Assembly: GCA_051294375.1 (NCBI GenBank)
Contig: CM119271.1
Coordinates: 1,870,280-1,934,279, forward strand
DNA from: Paraspadella gotoi
Lineage: Eukaryota; Animalia; Chaetognatha
Reading direction: 5' to 3'
Length of the DNA stretch: 64,000 nt
In this document: one piece after another, positions 1-64,000 of the stretch
How the letters are laid out: the number at the start of each line of letters is the position of its first letter
Numbering within the stretch: the stretch's first letter is position 1
Made by a program: the position numbers and the translations under genes
Notes under the pieces: model-generated
The model's input: only the letters and a program-made list of their open reading frames with translations
Told to the model about the DNA's origin: nothing
The model's database searches: none

Positions 1-249
1 AGTTGTTATCTTAAATTTTTGTAATAATTTTTAGGGAGTTTAGGGCAATTACTAATAATAATCAATATTTTAGCATTTTATGTGGCTTAGTTTTAGGAAC
101 CAAGCTTTAGGAAAATATCGATAAAATCGCAGTCCACAATTTTGGCTTGTGCTAAGAATAATTATCAGTATGAGATCCGTATATTCTGAGTCAGAAAAAT
201 CAAAGCGACAACCATTCTAACATCAAAATCGTGAACTACAACTACAACT

Positions 250-289
<40 letters not shown>

Positions 290-989
290 AAAACAGAAAC
301 CAAGAATCTGAATATGTTAATTTTGTTTGAAAGTGGGGGGAAAAAAGTCATGAATAACTCAAGAGGCACGTATGTTGCTTGGAGAGGCCGAGAATAATGA
401 GGGGGGAGATTGTTTAGAGCGTTTTATGAAAAAAAGGTTGAGTGAGGGACGAGAGAGACGAGGATGAGAAGAGAGGCGGAGAGGAGAGAGGGAGAGAGAG
501 AGAGAGAGAGAAAGCAAGCCTGGGATTCAAGGAAAACCAATAAAATAAAAAAACAAAAACAACAACTGGAATTTATTTAGCGAAAATATTCAATTTGAGT
601 ATTTATACAATTTATACAGTTTGAGTATTTTACTTCCACTTTACGTTAACTCTAAAATGTTTAAAACAAATTTATTTAGTTATAGTTATGGTTTCTCACT
701 CGTTTCACAATTCCACGCGGTCTAACGTCAGTAAAAAAAAACCAACTAAGTATAATGAATAATAATATAATATAATATAATATATATAATAATAATAATA
801 GAATATAAGAGTAAAATAATCAATAACTCAGTCCATTAGTCAAGTAACGATCTATTCAGCGCCGTTTCGTCATTAACGACAACGATAACGAGAACCGCAG
901 AGACCAAATCGTGTCGACCAAAAAAGCCAATACGAGATCGTTTAATCTTTCGAAATGATCGATAAGGAAATTGACTAACACTTCACGTT

Positions 990-992
990 TCC

Positions 993-1046
<54 letters not shown>

Positions 1047-1091
1047 TTATTTATAATTATATAAATTATCTTTCTTTCTTTCTTTCTCTCT

Positions 1092-1129
<38 letters not shown>

Positions 1130-1267
1130 CTCTCCTCTCTTTTCTTTACCTTCTTCTCTCTCTCTCTCTTTTATCTGATATCTCTCTCTCTCTCTCCCTC
1201 TCCATCTCTCCCTCCCTCTCTCTCTCTCCCTCCCTGTCCCCCTCTCCCCCATCTCCCTCTCTCTTCT

Positions 1268-1314
<47 letters not shown>

Positions 1315-1615
1315 ACATTCTCTCTCTCTCCCTCTTTTATCTGATATCTCTCTCTCTCTCTCTCCCTCCCTCTCCACCTTTCCCTCCCTCTCTCTCTCTC
1401 CCTCTCTTTCTCTTTTCTCTTCTTTCTTTACATTCTCTCTCTCTCCCTCTCTTATCTTATATCTCTCCCTCCCTCTCCCCTCTCTCCTACTCTCCCCTCT
1501 ATTCTCTCTCTCCCTCCCTCTTCCCCACTCTCCTCTCTCTCTCTTCGTCCCTCTCTCTCCCTCTCCCCTCTCTCTCTCCTCTCCCTCCCTCTCTCTCCCT
1601 CCTCTCTCTCTCTCA
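990..1615. repeat. (CT)n/(GA)n microsatellite tract, one of dozens in the window
   Basis: Direct inspection; also (AAT)n at ~20170-20380, (AAAG)n, (TTTA)n, (GAAT)n, (GAC)n and (GAT)n tracts. Confidence 0.95.
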
Positions 1616-1616
1616 G

Positions 1617-63370
<61,754 letters not shown>

Positions 63371-63376
63371 GTAAGA

Positions 63377-63414
<38 letters not shown>

Positions 63415-64000
63415 AGATGCTAAAAGGGTAAGGAAGGAATAATTGGATGACGACAACGATGAGAGGAAAATATGATAATTGAAAGAACGAGTCTCAGGAC
63501 GATGAAGACGACGACGACGACGACGACGATAGAAGCAACAACAAAAAATGATACGTAATTATATATGCGCTTTTATTCTAATGCAGCAGTTTCAACAAAC
63601 AGTACTCAACTTAAGCATCGTTTTCAATTCATAAAAACAAACTGTAATACCACTAACTACTTCTAATGTGAAATATTAGAAGCATAAAATCTTCATACGA
63701 TAATCGGAGGACAAGAGAGACGATGATGAAGACGACGACGATGAAGACGAAGATGAAGACGACGACGATGAAGACGACGATGAAGACGACGACGACGAAG
63801 ACGACGACGATGACTTACCTGCGAATTTCGTTGGAGTTTAATTAAATCACGAGTTACTTATTTCTTTTTCGTTTTCCTTCTTTCTTTCTTTCCTTCTTTT
63901 CCTTTTCTTCCACTTGATTGGATTTCTTTCTGATTTAATTCTTTGTTCTTATTTTCTCTTTCTCTTTTTATCGAGCCATGACCGGCGAAGCCGGTTCAGG

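Overview
AT-rich, microsatellite-dense genomic DNA from an invertebrate animal; the taxon cannot be determined from the sequence. One large + strand gene of the Munc13-4/BAIAP3 family (C2A-MUN-C2B, about 28 exons reconstructed by hand) spans the whole window and runs off both ends. Its introns contain nested minus-strand genes: an SLC16 monocarboxylate transporter, a compact DEG/ENaC channel, and a tandem family of unrecognised ~250-aa secreted Cys-containing proteins. They also contain tRNA-Arg(CCT), seven tRNA-Ser copies and several dispersed repeat families. The most unusual signal is a set of at least four short repeat families that each carry a circularly permuted (P5-type) twister-like ribozyme fold in which the P1 hairpin is reduced to a short palindrome. 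The best-preserved copy (30818-30893, minus) sits directly behind a tRNA-Gly-like SINE head. Bases 48.1-55.1 kb are an indel-rich copy of 41.1-48.1 kb next to a 25-N gap and are probably an assembly artefact. Most ORFs in the supplied track are microsatellite translations. All exon boundaries and RNA folds were read by eye and are not computationally validated.
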